Shown here: piece after piece, positions 33,852 through 42,093 of the stretch
How positions within the stretch are numbered: the first letter of the stretch is position 1
Layout: each line of letters starts with the position of its first letter
Assembly: GCA_964495635.1 (NCBI GenBank)
Contig: CAZBXF010000003.1
Coordinates: 1 to 55,911, forward strand
Source: an uncultured Phycisphaeraceae bacterium
GTDB taxonomy: Bacteria; Planctomycetota; Phycisphaerae; Phycisphaerales; UBA1924
Direction of reading: 5' to 3'
Length of the DNA: 55,911 nucleotides
Translations under genes and position numbers: made by a program
The notes under the pieces: generated by a model
The model's input: the letters and a program-made list of their open reading frames with translations, nothing else
What the model was told of the DNA's origin: nothing
The model's database searches: none

Positions 33852-34043
33852 TCACACGCCGCAGTTGCCGCTCACGACGTACGCCGCGAGGAGCTGCGCG
33901 TCCGTCAGGTCGGCGTTCTCGTCGTTGTTGAGGTCACCATCGAGCCAGTTCGCGCCGGGCGTGAGGAGCCCGACGAAGACCTGAGCCATCTGCTGCGCGT
34001 CGAGGAGATCGATGTTCTCATCCTGGTTGTAGTCGTAGTCGCA
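33852..34043 (-). repeat. copy F of the 192-nt coding repeat (C-terminal dockerin-like module)
   Basis: Encodes CDYDYNQDENIDLLDAQQMAQVFVGLLTPGANWLDGDLNNDENADLTDAQLLAAYVVSGNCGV*. By hand count it has about 13 mismatches to copy D over 192 nt. Confidence 0.9.
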
Positions 34044-35291
34044 GGAGTTGCCGCAGCGTTCAAGGGTTGCGATGCCGCGGGCGTCGACGGGGCCGATGGA
34101 GACGAAGCTGCCGCCGATGACGAGATCGCCGCGCCACTCGCCCATGCCGAAGGCGCTGGGCCAGTTGCCGCTGGTGGTGCGGTTGGGCGTGGATGAGTCG
34201 CGCAGGCTGCCGTCGACGGACTCCCAGGTGTTGCCGACGAGCTTGCCGAAGTTGTTGATGCCCGGGAAGGCCGTGCCGGAGAAGTAGAGGGAGGTGTCGC
34301 TGCCGTTGTTCCAGGAGCGCAGCGCGGTGACGCGGCCGGTGCCGAGGCTCTGGCCGACGAAGGCCCAGTTGCTGCCATTCCAGCGCGCGGTGTGGCGCGT
34401 GCCGCTGACACCGGTGATGCCGAAGGACGTGCCGCCGACGTAGAGCGCGGGACCAGTGCCGGGATTGTGGATCGTCATGGAGTCGAGCTGGCGGAGCGAA
34501 TCACCCAGGCGCGTGAGGCCGAAGCCGATGCGCTGCCAGGTGCCATTGCGGAACCGCGCGGCGAGGGCGGTGTTCTGGCCGTCGATCGTGTCGAAGCGGC
34601 CTACGGCGTAGAGCGCGGGGCCCGTGCCATCATCGAAGATCTCAAGGTCGGCGATGTAGGGGCTGAAGACGCCCGCGATCCCGACGCCCGTGCCCACCGC
34701 CGACCACGACTCACCATCGAACTGCGCGATGCCGCCGAAGGGCACGGTCGAGCCGCCCGCGACAAACAGGCGCGGGCCCTGGCCAAGGTCCCCCACCACC
34801 ATGTCCCAGATCGCCGTGCCCTGCGGCACGTTGAGGGAGAGGGACTGCCACTGCGACCCATTCCACGCGGCGATGGACTGCGTGTTCGCGACGCCGCCGG
34901 CGTTGGCGAAGAGACCCGCGACAATCAGGCGCGTGCCGGAGCCGTCGTTGAAGGGAACCATGCTCGTGAGGAACCCGTTGGTGAAGCCAAGCCCAAGGCC
35001 GGTGCCGAGGCGCTCCCAGTCGTTGGTCACGGGGTTGTACCGCGCGAGGAGCTGGCTCACGAGCCCGCCGATCTCGCTGAAGGAGCCGCCGACGTAGAGC
35101 TTCTCACCCGAGCCGTCGTCGTACGCAAGGATCGGATCGGCGTAGCCGTCCTGAAGGCCGGGCGTGCCAATGAAGCCGCTGTACGTCGGCGGACACTGGG
35201 CCGAGGCCGCGGGCACACAAATCCCGGCAGCGCTGATGCAGATGAGGCCAGAGAGCAGCGAAGCGGTAGCGCGATGGGCGTGATTCTTCAT
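33852..35291 (-). CDS. secreted 7-bladed beta-propeller-like repeat protein with the shared C-terminal dockerin-like module
   Basis: Signal MKNHAHRATASLLSGLICISAAGICVPAASAQ. Seven repeats of the type L[YFI]V[GA]G.F..IGG.......A[RW]....W...G, for example LYVGGSFSEIGGLVSQLLARYNPVTNDWERLG and LYAVGRFDTIDGQNTALAARFRNGTWQRIG. Ends in CDYDYNQDENIDLLDAQ...VVSGNCGV. Confidence 0.8.
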   Translation of the reverse strand: MKNHAHRATASLLSGLICISAAGICVPAASAQCPPTYSGFIGTPGLQDGYADPILAYDDGSGEKLYVGGSFSEIGGLVSQLLARYNPVTNDWERLGTGLGLGFTNGFLTSMVPFNDGSGTRLIVAGLFANAGGVANTQSIAAWNGSQWQSLSLNVPQGTAIWDMVVGDLGQGPRLFVAGGSTVPFGGIAQFDGESWSAVGTGVGIAGVFSPYIADLEIFDDGTGPALYAVGRFDTIDGQNTALAARFRNGTWQRIGFGLTRLGDSLRQLDSMTIHNPGTGPALYVGGTSFGITGVSGTRHTARWNGSNWAFVGQSLGTGRVTALRSWNNGSDTSLYFSGTAFPGINNFGKLVGNTWESVDGSLRDSSTPNRTTSGNWPSAFGMGEWRGDLVIGGSFVSIGPVDARGIATLERCGNSCDYDYNQDENIDLLDAQQMAQVFVGLLTPGANWLDGDLNNDENADLTDAQLLAAYVVSGNCGV

Positions 35292-35453
35292 GCGTGCAAG
35301 ATACCACGCGGCACACGGATTGTGAAGGGCTGCTTCGATGTTTCTCCCCCACTTCTCCCCCTCTGCGGGCGTCGCCGCGGTCTGCTCGGAGGCAGGAAGC
35401 GAGGCTGATCCGATTGAGCTTGTAGAGACAAGGCGACCGTCGGCCCCGAAACA

Positions 35454-35645
35454 CTAGATCCCGCACGTACCGCTTACGACAAACGCCGCGAGCAGCTGCG
35501 CATCCGTCAGGTCTGCATTCTCATCGCCATTCAGATCACCATCAAGCCAACCTGCCTCGGGCGCGAGAATCCCCACAAAAACCTGGGCCATTTGCTGCGC
35601 GTCGAGCAGGTCCACGTTCTCATCGCGGTTGAAGTCGTACTCGCA
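35454..35645 (-). repeat. copy G of the 192-nt coding repeat (C-terminal dockerin-like module)
   Basis: Encodes CEYDFNRDENVDLLDAQQMAQVFVGILAPEAGWLDGDLNGDENADLTDAQLLAAFVVSGTCGI*. Confidence 0.9.
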
Positions 35646-36935
35646 CGCGATCCGCTCCGTGCGATACGCGCGGACGCTGTTGGCGCCTGTCGATGCGATG
35701 ATGAGCGTTCCGTCCGTGCCGATTGGCGGTGCGCCCTGGTTGAGGTTTGGCACTGGGATGGACCAGCGTTCTGTGAGGTCGGGGTTGAAGGAGAAGACGC
35801 GGCCGTTTGCGAAGGCTCCCGTTGACACGAAGAGCACGCCGCGGCTGTCGACCGCCATGCGGATCTGGAAGAAGTCGGCCTGGATCGGTGCGGACTCGTT
35901 CAGCACGGCGCCGGACTCTGGATCAAGGCGCTGGAGGCGTGCCGTGTTGGGCGTGCCGGTGCCGATGAGGTTGTAGATCGAGCCATCGAGCCCGACGCCC
36001 CACTCCGCCGCGGCACCGCCGCCGAGCGATGGCACGCGCCAGTTCTGTGTGAAGCCGCTGCCGCTGTCGGCGAATGAATAGAGGAAGTCGACCGCCGCGT
36101 TATTCTGCACGCGCGGCAGGTACACATTTCCCGACGGATCCACGTACGGCGTGTTCTGGATCAGGAAGCCCGACATCAGCGGGCTCTGATACTGGAACGC
36201 GCCGGTGTCGATGTTGAAGCGCTTGATGACCTGCCCACCCGCGACGCTGTCGGCCGCGTAGACCGCGCTGCCGTTCGCGGCGGCGCCGCAGTTGCCCGAG
36301 ACCGAGCACTGCCGAGCAGTACGCCACACGCGCGTGCCGGTCGCTGAATCAAACCTCCAGATGAAGCGGAACGAACCGATGATCGGATCACCATCGGGCG
36401 CGAAGACCATGCCGTCGTACGCGCCGGCGTCGATCTCTTCCGTCGTCGTCCAGAGGACCGCGCCCGTCGCGGCATCGAGGCAGTAGAGACGCGCCGACGA
36501 ACTCGCTCCGTTGCCCGAACGCGCGGCGTAGAGCCTGCCGTTGTTCACGCCGCCGATCCAGGTCGTCCAGTCGCCCGTCTCGAATGGGATGTTGAAGCGC
36601 CACAGCTCAACCCCGGTGTCGAGGTCGAGCGCGACGATCGGTGAAGCGTTGCTGGAGGGCTCGGGCGGGAAGCCCGTCTGGCGGACCATGAACACTCGCC
36701 GCCCTTCGATCACCGGCTGCCAGGCGATCACCGACGAGGGGGCACCCTGCCAGAGAAGCGTCGAGGCGTCTGCGGCGTCGGGCCCCTGCACCGCAACCTG
36801 CCCATTTCGCTGGGCGTTGCCGCCGGAGTTGGACCACGGCTGATCCTGAGCCGCCGCCGACTGCGGCAGCATTCCAGCCGCCACTACAAGGCCCAAAACG
36901 GAGAGGGACCACGCGCAAGAACGGCCGCACAGCAT
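35454..36935 (-). CDS. secreted PQQ-like/BamB-like beta-propeller repeat protein (paralog of 22862..24409) with the shared C-terminal dockerin-like module
   Basis: ATG at 36935 with AGGAGG upstream gives the signal MLCGRSCAWSLSVLGLVVAAGMLPQSAAAQ. It is collinear with 22862..24409, for example WQPVIEGRRVFMVRQ / WNPVVEGRRVFIVRQ, GDWTTWIGGVNNGRLYAARSGNG / GDWTTWIAGVKNGRLYASRSGNG and LYCLDAATGAVLW / VYCLDAATGAILW. Ends in CEYDFNRDENVDLLDAQ...VVSGTCGI. Confidence 0.85.
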   Translation of the reverse strand: MLCGRSCAWSLSVLGLVVAAGMLPQSAAAQDQPWSNSGGNAQRNGQVAVQGPDAADASTLLWQGAPSSVIAWQPVIEGRRVFMVRQTGFPPEPSSNASPIVALDLDTGVELWRFNIPFETGDWTTWIGGVNNGRLYAARSGNGASSSARLYCLDAATGAVLWTTTEEIDAGAYDGMVFAPDGDPIIGSFRFIWRFDSATGTRVWRTARQCSVSGNCGAAANGSAVYAADSVAGGQVIKRFNIDTGAFQYQSPLMSGFLIQNTPYVDPSGNVYLPRVQNNAAVDFLYSFADSGSGFTQNWRVPSLGGGAAAEWGVGLDGSIYNLIGTGTPNTARLQRLDPESGAVLNESAPIQADFFQIRMAVDSRGVLFVSTGAFANGRVFSFNPDLTERWSIPVPNLNQGAPPIGTDGTLIIASTGANSVRAYRTERIACEYDFNRDENVDLLDAQQMAQVFVGILAPEAGWLDGDLNGDENADLTDAQLLAAFVVSGTCGI

Positions 36936-37145
36936 TTGGGAGCCTCCTGTCCGGTAGAAGTCCTCATCCCCGGAACGATTCGTTCAGACTAACGGCAGGC
37001 TCGGGGCTGTCAAGGTGCGGCCGGATGACTTGCATAACCTTCATGGAGGGAACGGGTCGTGCTGTCGATGACCCAAGACCCGCATTTCGATCGCCCTTCC
37101 GCGGGCAGGAACGCCCGCAGACGCACACGCACGAGGACACCGGTC

Positions 37146-38699
37146 ATGATGATCAACTTCCCGTCTGGCATTCTCCCCGGTTCGACCCGGCTTGTCTCGG
37201 CCACGATGCTCCTGGTCGCGACGGCCTGCGCTACGGCATCCGCACAGGTTCAGGACGTGACCGCCTTCGCCGCGATCGCGACCGAGCGAGCCGCGCTTCA
37301 CGCGGGCAACGGTTCCAACTTCTACCGCGTGGGTGAGCTTGCCTCCGGGGCGCTTGTGCTGGTGGACGGCGAGGGTGGCGGATGGTCGCGCGTCTCGTAC
37401 CCCGCGGAAGCCACCGCGTTTGTCCGCGTGGAGGACGTCACCGTCGAAGGAAGCTCGGCCACGGTCAAGGAGCCAACGCGCCTCAAGGCCGCCAACGCCG
37501 CCGCGGGCTATGCCGGCTCGTGGCGAGCCCTTCTCAGCCAGCCCCTCCCTGCAGGCACCGTGCTCAAGATTGTCGAGCCGGCAAAGGATGGCGAGTCTGT
37601 CGTTGGCTACCGAGTCCGTGCGCCTGAGTCGGCGCGCGCCTTCGTCGAGACGCGCCTGCTGCGCAAGGCCACCGAAGCCGAGGCCGCGGCGATCAAGAGC
37701 CGCCTGCCCGCGGCACCCAAGCCCGCGCCAGCCGCCACGCCCTCTACCCCCACTAACCCCACCACCAACCCAACTCCCGCCGGAACACCCGCCGCGACGG
37801 GCACGGACCTCACGGCTCCAATCGTCACCACGCCCGGTGGCACTCCGACAGCCCCGCCGACGACGCCCGGTCCGGTGACCATCACGCAGGAGACGGGCAC
37901 GAATCCCTCGGGCACCCAAACGGGGAGCGCGCCCGCCACGACGCCCGTCGCCGTCCCTGAGACACCGGAGCAGCGCCGCTGGGCAAACGTCACGAACCTT
38001 GAGCGCACGTTCCAGAACGTCTGGCGTCAGCCGATCCTCGCCGCTGAGGTCGATGAACTCCTTGCGCAGTACGACGCGGCCCTCGCGGAGGAGACGAACG
38101 CCAACCGTCGCCGCTCGTTGCAGCAGCGTCGCGACGCTCTGCAGCTGCGCATCGACTTCCGCAATCAGATGCGGGCGATGGAGGAGAGCCGGGCCCAGAT
38201 CGATCAGCAGACCATCCGCCTTGCCGACCAGATCCGGCAGCTCGAGGCCTCCCGCTACTACACGATCGTCGGACAGCTCCAGCCCAGCACGGTCTACGAC
38301 GGCCAGCGCCTGCCGCTGATGTACCGCGTCGTCTCGGTTGGCGGGAGCGCACCCCGCACGCTCGGCTATATCAAGAAGACCGATCGCTTCGAGCTTGACG
38401 CGATGCTCGGGCGTGTCGTGGGCGTGATCGGCGACGCGGTGATCGACCGCTCGCTCCAGCTCAACATCATCACGCCGGTCTATGTTGATCAGCTTCGGTC
38501 GGATGGTTCGCGTGAGGCGGTTCCCACCGCCGACGGTTCGCCCAACGTCGCTCCGCCCGCGGGAGCCCAAGGCGCCCCCTCCGCGACGCCGATGACCTGG
38601 CCCGCTCCCACGAACCTCCCACCGCCAAACCAGGGCATCCCGCGGACGCAGCCGGGCACAACGACCCCCGCCGAGCCCGGCGAGACCTCCCCCGAGTGA
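37146..38699 (+). CDS. hypothetical secreted protein (N-terminal SH3b-like region, Pro/Thr-rich linker, coiled-coil segment)
   Basis: The ATG at 37146 gives the signal MMINFPSGILPGSTRLVSATMLLVATACATASAQ; the track start at 37059 would add an Arg-rich extension. Also has a PT-rich linker (PAPAATPSTPTNPTTNPTPAGTPAATG) and a heptad-like segment RRRSLQQRRDALQLRIDFRNQMRAMEESRAQIDQQTIRLADQIRQLE. The SH3b call is weak. Confidence 0.7.
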   Translation: MMINFPSGILPGSTRLVSATMLLVATACATASAQVQDVTAFAAIATERAALHAGNGSNFYRVGELASGALVLVDGEGGGWSRVSYPAEATAFVRVEDVTVEGSSATVKEPTRLKAANAAAGYAGSWRALLSQPLPAGTVLKIVEPAKDGESVVGYRVRAPESARAFVETRLLRKATEAEAAAIKSRLPAAPKPAPAATPSTPTNPTTNPTPAGTPAATGTDLTAPIVTTPGGTPTAPPTTPGPVTITQETGTNPSGTQTGSAPATTPVAVPETPEQRRWANVTNLERTFQNVWRQPILAAEVDELLAQYDAALAEETNANRRRSLQQRRDALQLRIDFRNQMRAMEESRAQIDQQTIRLADQIRQLEASRYYTIVGQLQPSTVYDGQRLPLMYRVVSVGGSAPRTLGYIKKTDRFELDAMLGRVVGVIGDAVIDRSLQLNIITPVYVDQLRSDGSREAVPTADGSPNVAPPAGAQGAPSATPMTWPAPTNLPPPNQGIPRTQPGTTTPAEPGETSPE

Positions 38700-38730
38700 T
38701 CGATCGCCCACCGCCAGATTGTGAGTCCCT

Positions 38731-40098
38731 GTGAGCAGCGAACCATCAGGTCCCCAGCCAGTACCGGAACATCCGGGCGACGGCACCAGCGATTCGTCCA
38801 GCGCTGCCCACTGGGGAGGCGGGCCCGCGAGGCCGCCTGTGCTGGGGCTGCGCATCGCGTCTGGCGCTTCCCTCTCCCCACTGACTCAGACGGCCATCGA
38901 GCAGGCGTGCGCCCAGGCCCAGGAGGGCCTCGCCGGGCGCACCGCGAACCTTGTGATCGCCTTCTTCAGTTCATCGCACGTCGATCACGCGGGCGTCATC
39001 GCGATGGAGATCGGCGCGGCCTTTCCGGACGCGAGCGTCGTGGGCGTCTCTGGCCAGGGCGTGATCGAGGCAGACCGCGAGTACGAGAAGGGCCCGGGCG
39101 TCAGCCTGCTCGCCCTTTCGCTCCCTGGCGTCAAGGTGCACACCTTCACCTCGGAGCGGATGCCCGTCTTTGACGACTCTGCCGAGTCGCGTGCCAAGCT
39201 GCGCGAGGCGATCGACGCCTCGGACGCGCAGCGACTCACGCTGCTCCTGGCAGATCCCGCCAGCGTGCCGCTGGTCAAGCTCCTTCCGGCTTTCAATCAG
39301 GCCAAGGGGCGTGCGGCGGTTGTGGTGGGCGGCATCGCGTCCGCTGGGGCGGGCGAGCCAGGCCGCAACGCGCTGATCGTCGACCGGCGCGTGATGCGCA
39401 GCGGCATGGTCGGCGTCACACTCTCTGAGATCGTGCCGGGCTCACTCTCGGTCTCCGCCGTGGTGTCGCAGGGATGCCGTCCCTTTGGCCCGGCCATGAT
39501 CATCACCAAGGCCCAGCGCAACATCATCATCGAGCTCGGCGGGCGCCCCGCGCTCGAGGCGGTCCAGGACGCCGTCGAGACTCTTGCCGACGATGAGAAG
39601 GAGCTGCTCAAGCAGGGCCTGCTCATCGGTCGCGTCATCGACGAGTACAAGCCACACTTCGGTCGTGGCGACTACTTGATCCGCAACGTGATCTCGGGCG
39701 ACTCACAGCGAAAGACGCTCGCAGTCAACGACCTCATCGGCGTCGGCCAGACCGTTCGTCTGCATGTGCGCGACGCCAAGACCGCCGACGAGGACCTCTC
39801 GCTCCTGCTCGACGCTCAGAAGCTCTACGACCGCCCCGCCGGCGCCATCCTCATCACCTGCGATCAGCGCGGGAAGGCCTTGTTTGGCCAGTCCCACCAC
39901 GACGCGAGCGCCATCTGCCGCGCCTTTGCCCCGGCGCGCTCGGGGCCTCAGGCCGCCAAGGCCGGCATGGCCATCGCGCCCAATGAGCGGCCAAGCCTGC
40001 CGCTCGCGGGCTTCCTTGCAAGTGGCGAGATCGGCCCGATCGGTGCGGGACAGAGCTTCCTGCACGGCCAGACGGCCTGCGTTGTGCTGCTGCGCTGA
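38731..40098 (+). CDS. FIST domain signal-transduction sensor protein (FIST_N + FIST_C)
   Basis: Typical FIST segments are LVIAFFSSSH...AFPDASVVGVSGQGVI, then GGIASAG, and the C-terminal PLAGFLASGEIGPIGAGQSFLHGQTACVVLL. The track start at 38731 is GTG; an in-frame GTG at 38839 is an alternative. Confidence 0.85.
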   Translation: MSSEPSGPQPVPEHPGDGTSDSSSAAHWGGGPARPPVLGLRIASGASLSPLTQTAIEQACAQAQEGLAGRTANLVIAFFSSSHVDHAGVIAMEIGAAFPDASVVGVSGQGVIEADREYEKGPGVSLLALSLPGVKVHTFTSERMPVFDDSAESRAKLREAIDASDAQRLTLLLADPASVPLVKLLPAFNQAKGRAAVVVGGIASAGAGEPGRNALIVDRRVMRSGMVGVTLSEIVPGSLSVSAVVSQGCRPFGPAMIITKAQRNIIIELGGRPALEAVQDAVETLADDEKELLKQGLLIGRVIDEYKPHFGRGDYLIRNVISGDSQRKTLAVNDLIGVGQTVRLHVRDAKTADEDLSLLLDAQKLYDRPAGAILITCDQRGKALFGQSHHDASAICRAFAPARSGPQAAKAGMAIAPNERPSLPLAGFLASGEIGPIGAGQSFLHGQTACVVLLR

Positions 40099-40112
40099 GC
40101 GGAGCGCTTCGC

Positions 40113-40254
40113 GAAATGGCCAGAGGGCCAAATGGTCAAATGGCTAAATGAAGGCATCGCGCAGGGAGCGCCCGCTCTTCATTTGGCCATTTAGCCCTTT
40201 GGCCGTTTAGCCATTTGGCCGTTTAGCCATTTGGCCGTTTGGTCCTTTGGCCGC
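40113..40254. repeat. octanucleotide tandem repeat array forming a long imperfect hairpin between convergent genes
   Basis: Five units of AAATGGCC-type octamers (40114..40153) face nine units of NTTTRGCC octamers (ATTTGGCC ATTTAGCC CTTTGGCC GTTTAGCC ATTTGGCC GTTTAGCC ATTTGGCC GTTTGGTC CTTTGGCC; 40181..40252) across a GC-rich loop. The array fills almost the whole 160-bp gap between the stops at 40098 and 40259. Confidence 0.85.
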
Positions 40255-40258
40255 CGGC

Positions 40259-40954
40259 CTACATCCCCGGCGGCAGACCCAGGGCCCGACGCAGGGCCGC
40301 GATCTGGCCCAGGTGCCAGCCATCGTGCCAGGCCACGCGAGAGATGACATCCAGCCTCTGCGTGGCCATGCCACCCGTGTCCTTGGTGGGCGGGAGCGCA
40401 AGATCGCTCGCCGGGAGTGCCTTGGCGACCTCGATGAATGCGGCGTACGCCGCATCGAAGTTGGCCTTCACCTCGGCGAAGGGTGGATAGACGGAAGCGT
40501 CCGGATTCAATGTGCTGCCCCAGCCAAAGAGCGTGTGGTACGACTCGGGAAGCTCGGTCTTCTGACCGTCCATCAGCGCCCGGAAGTAGGCGTACCCCGT
40601 CGCGAGGTGGCCGACCTGCCAAGTGAGGTGGTTGTGCCCCACGCCCGGGCTCGCGAGCGCCTGCTCCACGGGCGTCTTGGAGATCATGCTCAGCACCATC
40701 GAGTGGGCGAAGGCAAGGTCGGAGAGCAGCTGCGGCCGGAGCACAAGGTCGGGCGTCCCGGTCGCAGGGGCGCTGGCCGGCATCGCGGTCGCGGCCGGCG
40801 CGGACTTGGCTCGGGCGCTCGCCGGGCGCCGGCCTGAGATCTTCGCGCCGCCCTTGGAACGTGTCGCCTTGGGTGCGGTCTTCTTGACGCCCGCCGACAT
40901 CTGCGACTTCTTGGACCGCGCCGCAGCCTTCTTCGTGCTCTTCTTCTTGCTCAT
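40259..40954 (-). CDS. DinB-superfamily (DinB_2/YfiT-like) protein with a Lys/Ala-rich basic N-terminal extension
   Basis: The ATG at 40954 gives MSKKKSTKKAAARSKKSQMSAGVKKTAPKATRSKGGAKISGRRPASARAKSAPA..., followed by a four-helix DinB-like body with His motifs (HNHLTWQVGHLA and VAWHDGWHLGQIAALRR). The track start at 40969 is GTG. Confidence 0.8.
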   Translation of the reverse strand: MSKKKSTKKAAARSKKSQMSAGVKKTAPKATRSKGGAKISGRRPASARAKSAPAATAMPASAPATGTPDLVLRPQLLSDLAFAHSMVLSMISKTPVEQALASPGVGHNHLTWQVGHLATGYAYFRALMDGQKTELPESYHTLFGWGSTLNPDASVYPPFAEVKANFDAAYAAFIEVAKALPASDLALPPTKDTGGMATQRLDVISRVAWHDGWHLGQIAALRRALGLPPGM

Positions 40955-41192
40955 CGTCGATGCTCCCACTGGTGGACCCCGCCAGGCCCGGACGCTGCAT
41001 CAGCACGACCGGGCCGGGCCGAGCACGAGAGTATCGACCTCGGACCGTGCGTTCCCACCCCGCACCGGATGGTGCCTCAGCCTGCCGTGCACGCCCCGGG
41101 CCTGGCTCTGTACGCTGTTGAGATCACAACCGTGCCGCACCCGGCCATCGCTGCATCGACGCCGCGAGCCGGTTCGAAGACAGGCGTTATCG

Positions 41193-41993
41193 ATGTCAAG
41201 CTCGCCCCCCGCATCAGCCTCCCTGCCCCTCGCCGACCTCCAGCCGGGCCAGGACCCCCACAATCCTCACGCCCTCACCCCGCCCCAGCGCGTCTACCTC
41301 TGGCTGGTCTCGGTCAACGTAACGTGCCTCCTGCTGGCGAACATCATCGGCGCCAAGCTCTTCCAGCTCGAGCTCGATCTCGCTGCGGTGGGCCTTTCGG
41401 GCAAGATTCCCGTCGAGCACACGATGGGCATGCTCCCCTTCCCGATCACCTTCCTGCTCACCGACCTTGTCAACGAGTACTTTGGACGACGCGCGGCCCG
41501 CAGGATGGCCTACGTCTCCTTCTCGATGGCGGCCCTGACCTGGGTGCTGATCTACGTCTCCCGAATGTTCCCGACCCTCGAGGGGATCCCGGGCACTGCC
41601 ACCGACGCCGCGTTCGAGAACATCTTCGGTGCCGCGGCGGTGATGTACCTGGCGTCCATCATCGCGTTCCTGCTCGCGTCGCTCCTGGACATCTACCTCT
41701 TCTCGCTCCTCAAGCGGCTCACCGGCGGCAGGCTCGTGTGGCTCCGGACCACCGGGTCGACGGTCATCAGCCAGGTCTTTGACTCGCTCCTGATCACCTT
41801 CCTCTTCTTCTTCCTGCTGCCGCGCCTGATGGGCAACAACTCCGCGACGCTCACCTTCGTGATTCAGACCGCCGCGACCGGGTACATCCTGAAGTTCGTC
41901 ATCGCCGTTGTTCTGACCCCGGCGGTCTACGCGGGGCGCTGGGCGATCCGGCGTCTCTTTGGGATGACGCCCCTGCCCGCGAGCGAGGCGTGA
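41193..41993 (+). CDS. yhhQ: queuosine-precursor transporter family protein (YhhQ / VUT, DUF165)
   Basis: ATG at 41193. Polytopic membrane protein with the family-typical FPITFLLTDLVNEYFGRRAARR and ...STVISQVFDSLLITFLFF. The upstream 570 nt of track ORF 40623.. are antisense to the DinB gene and look non-coding. Confidence 0.8.
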   Translation: MSSSPPASASLPLADLQPGQDPHNPHALTPPQRVYLWLVSVNVTCLLLANIIGAKLFQLELDLAAVGLSGKIPVEHTMGMLPFPITFLLTDLVNEYFGRRAARRMAYVSFSMAALTWVLIYVSRMFPTLEGIPGTATDAAFENIFGAAAVMYLASIIAFLLASLLDIYLFSLLKRLTGGRLVWLRTTGSTVISQVFDSLLITFLFFFLLPRLMGNNSATLTFVIQTAATGYILKFVIAVVLTPAVYAGRWAIRRLFGMTPLPASEA

Positions 41994-42093
41994 GCGAGCC
42001 CGCCCCTCGGGTCCAGCCCGCGCGGATCGGGCCCTCCCCTTCCCGGCGGGTCTTGGGCTTCGTAGACTTGGAGCGTTCACAGGAGCCCCCGCC

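Noticed and set aside
13747-36935. Possibility that the seven 192-bp dispersed repeats are MITEs/IS ends or other mobile elements
   Set aside because: Every copy is in frame at the 3' end of a long ORF and ends with the stop codon. No terminal inverted repeats, target-site duplications, transposase or integrase were seen.
37041-38855. 604-aa minus-strand ORF
   Set aside because: It is antisense to 37146..38699 and to the 5' end of the FIST gene. The product is extremely Arg/Gly-rich, whereas the plus-strand product has a signal peptide and a coiled coil.
40113-40254. Possibility that the octamer repeat array is a CRISPR array or a coding repeat
   Set aside because: The period is 8 bp with no spacers, so it is not CRISPR. 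The period is not a multiple of 3 and the array lies between two stop codons, so it is not coding.
41000-41192. preQ1 riboswitch upstream of the YhhQ-family transporter gene
   Set aside because: This transporter family is often riboswitch-controlled, so I looked for one. I could not recognise the preQ1-I/II/III consensus elements by eye in this leader. An Rfam cmscan would be needed, so no call is made.
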